DNA of 64,000 nucleotides from Pseudobdellovibrionaceae bacterium (lineage in GTDB: Bacteria > Bdellovibrionota > Bdellovibrionia > Bdellovibrionales > JAMPXM01). Positions 62,826-64,000 of the stretch are shown piece after piece (position 1 is the stretch's first letter; each line of letters begins with the position of its first letter). A program made the position numbers and the translations under genes. Under the pieces are notes generated by a model. That model searched no databases. It saw only the letters and a list, made by a program, of their open reading frames with translations, and was not told where the DNA came from. The stretch spans positions 3,520 to 67,519 of the forward strand of contig CANHQR010000013.1 in assembly GCA_947462815.1 (NCBI GenBank), given 5' to 3'.

Positions 62826-64000
62826 ATGGTGTCGACATCGAGTCCGAATCAGGTTCGTCAAATCAATCTCTTGCAGGTGCAAAATGCCAGCAAGAGTTTT
62901 GGCGCACGGTCGCTGTTTTCTGGGCTGAAGCTGTCGGTCAACGAGGGCGAGCACATCGGCGTCATCGGCCCAAATGGCGCTGGCAAGACGACCCTATTTC
63001 GAGTCCTCGCTGGTCTTGATGATTTTGATTCGGGACAAATTGTGCGATCGCAAAAGCTGCGATTGGGCTATCTCGCACAAGAGGAAATTGGCGAGGATTT
63101 GAGTCGGCGCGCTGAAGATGTGTTGCGTGAGGTTTCGCAACGGCCTTTATGGGAGATGCTCGAGCTGGGCCAGGGACTCGGGCTTCGTGAAACACATTTT
63201 GCCTCTGCGCTTCGTGAGTTGAGCGGCGGCTACCGTATGCGGATGAAGCTTTTATGTTTGTTGGCCCAAGAGCCGAATCTTCTGCTTCTCGACGAGCCGA
63301 CCAACTTTCTAGATCTCGAGAGTGTCCTCACTTTGGAGCGATTCTTAGTCGACTACGATGGGGCTTTTTTGTTGATTTCCCATGATCGGGAATTCCTGCG
63401 CAGGGTGACAGATCACACCTTGGAAATCGAGCTCGGCGAGGCGACGAAGTTCCCCGGCAATCTCGACGACTATTTTGAGCAAAAAGACCAGCTCAGGCGA
63501 ATTCTCGAAGCGCAAGCGGCCCAGCAGGCCGATCAGCGTGCGCGCATTGAAGACTTTGTCGCGCGCTTTGGCGCGAAAGCGACCAAGGCTCGCCAGGCCC
63601 AGAGTCGTCTTAAACGCCTCGAAAAGATGGAGAAGATTGAGATCAAAAAGCTGCCGACTCGAGCGCGTATTCGCTTACCTGTTCCCCAGCGGACGGGTCG
63701 CGAGATCTTGCGCCTTGAGGCCGGCGAGTTGGGCTATCCGGAGCGGACAATTCTGCGAGGTCTAGATTTGCGACTCGAGCGAGGTCAGCATATCGGTGTG
63801 GTGGGCCTCAACGGCGCAGGAAAGTCGACCTTGTTAAAAACTCTTGCGGGTCGGTTACCGCTTCGTTCAGGTCAATTGGCGATGGGAGCTGATGTGCGCG
63901 TGGCCTACTATGCCCAACATGTGGCCGATGATCTGCGGCTCGATCAAAGCGTGTGGCAGAGTTTGAGCGAGAGTGCGCCTCGCGATCTTCCTCAGCAAGA
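62826..64000 (+). CDS. ABC-F family ATPase (5' part; continues beyond the window)
   Basis: My manual translation from ATG 62826 gives Walker [10 protein letters not shown], signature LSGGYRMR, Walker [10 protein letters not shown], an inter-domain linker, and a second Walker [10 protein letters not shown]. No TM segments. Confidence 0.9.
   Translation, partial: MVSTSSPNQVRQINLLQVQNASKSFGARSLFSGLKLSVNEGEHIGVIGPNGAGKTTLFRVLAGLDDFDSGQIVRSQKLRLGYLAQEEIGEDLSRRAEDVLREVSQRPLWEMLELGQGLGLRETHFASALRELSGGYRMRMKLLCLLAQEPNLLLLDEPTNFLDLESVLTLERFLVDYDGAFLLISHDREFLRRVTDHTLEIELGEATKFPGNLDDYFEQKDQLRRILEAQAAQQADQRARIEDFVARFGAKATKARQAQSRLKRLEKMEKIEIKKLPTRARIRLPVPQRTGREILRLEAGELGYPERTILRGLDLRLERGQHIGVVGLNGAGKSTLLKTLAGRLPLRSGQLAMGADVRVAYYAQHVADDLRLDQSVWQSLSESAPRDLPQQ

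Noticed and set aside
1-64000. Search by eye for tRNA (T-loop GGTTCGAATCC-like), rRNA, tmRNA, RNase P (GAGGAAAGTCCGG) and SRP RNA (GGAAGGAAGCAGC) hallmarks.
   Set aside because: None found on either strand. A proper tRNAscan/Infernal run would be needed to be certain.
1-64000. CRISPR arrays, transposases/integrases, phage genes, restriction-modification, toxin-antitoxin or other known defence-system genes.
   Set aside because: The only repeats are short coding tandem repeats (12-23 bp, 2-3.5 copies). No ORF shows nuclease, helicase, reverse-transcriptase, recombinase or Cas-like motifs. The window looks like core chromosome plus lineage-specific envelope and secreted proteins.

Overview
Chromosomal-looking segment of a GC-rich diderm bacterium (lipoprotein lipoboxes, an outer-membrane-barrel candidate, Slt- and AmiC-type wall enzymes). 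About 60 protein genes lie on both strands, and many junctions show ATGA/TGATG-type start/stop overlaps. Recognisable housekeeping blocks: aldehyde dehydrogenase + hutI, glpK, radA, an Slt-type lytic transglycosylase, an Opp/Dpp-like ABC importer (binding protein + 2 permeases, no ATPases), the conserved ychF-pth-L25(ctc)-prs block, rdgB-rph-amidase, a Gre factor, dedA-sppA, thioesterase-maf, pyrC, tldD-pmbA, an RRM RNA-binding protein and a partial ABC-F ATPase at the right edge. Accessory-looking content: (i) a tight type III polyketide synthase / His-rich membrane protein / UbiG-like methyltransferase operon next to a secreted phospholipase-D-like protein. (ii) A seven-gene, translationally coupled ECF-sigma operon made mostly of unassigned envelope proteins, with a candidate ECF-type promoter. 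(iii) Two tandem paralogous Cys-motif/glycine-zipper proteins. (iv) A haem-c lipoprotein next to a membrane-anchored globin-like protein that seems to lack the proximal His. (v) Many predicted secreted hydrolases (S41-like peptidase + Tyr-phosphatase, GH5, SGNH-like, PHB-depolymerase-type esterase, alpha/beta hydrolase), several with non-canonical catalytic motifs. By eye I found no rRNA/tRNA, CRISPR array, transposase/integrase/phage genes, or recognisable defence or toxin-antitoxin genes. Gene content (Flp-like pilin, PilZ, secreted hydrolases) is reminiscent of Bdellovibrio-like or delta-proteobacteria-like genomes, but taxonomy cannot be settled without a database search. All family calls rest on motifs read from the translations; no searches were run.
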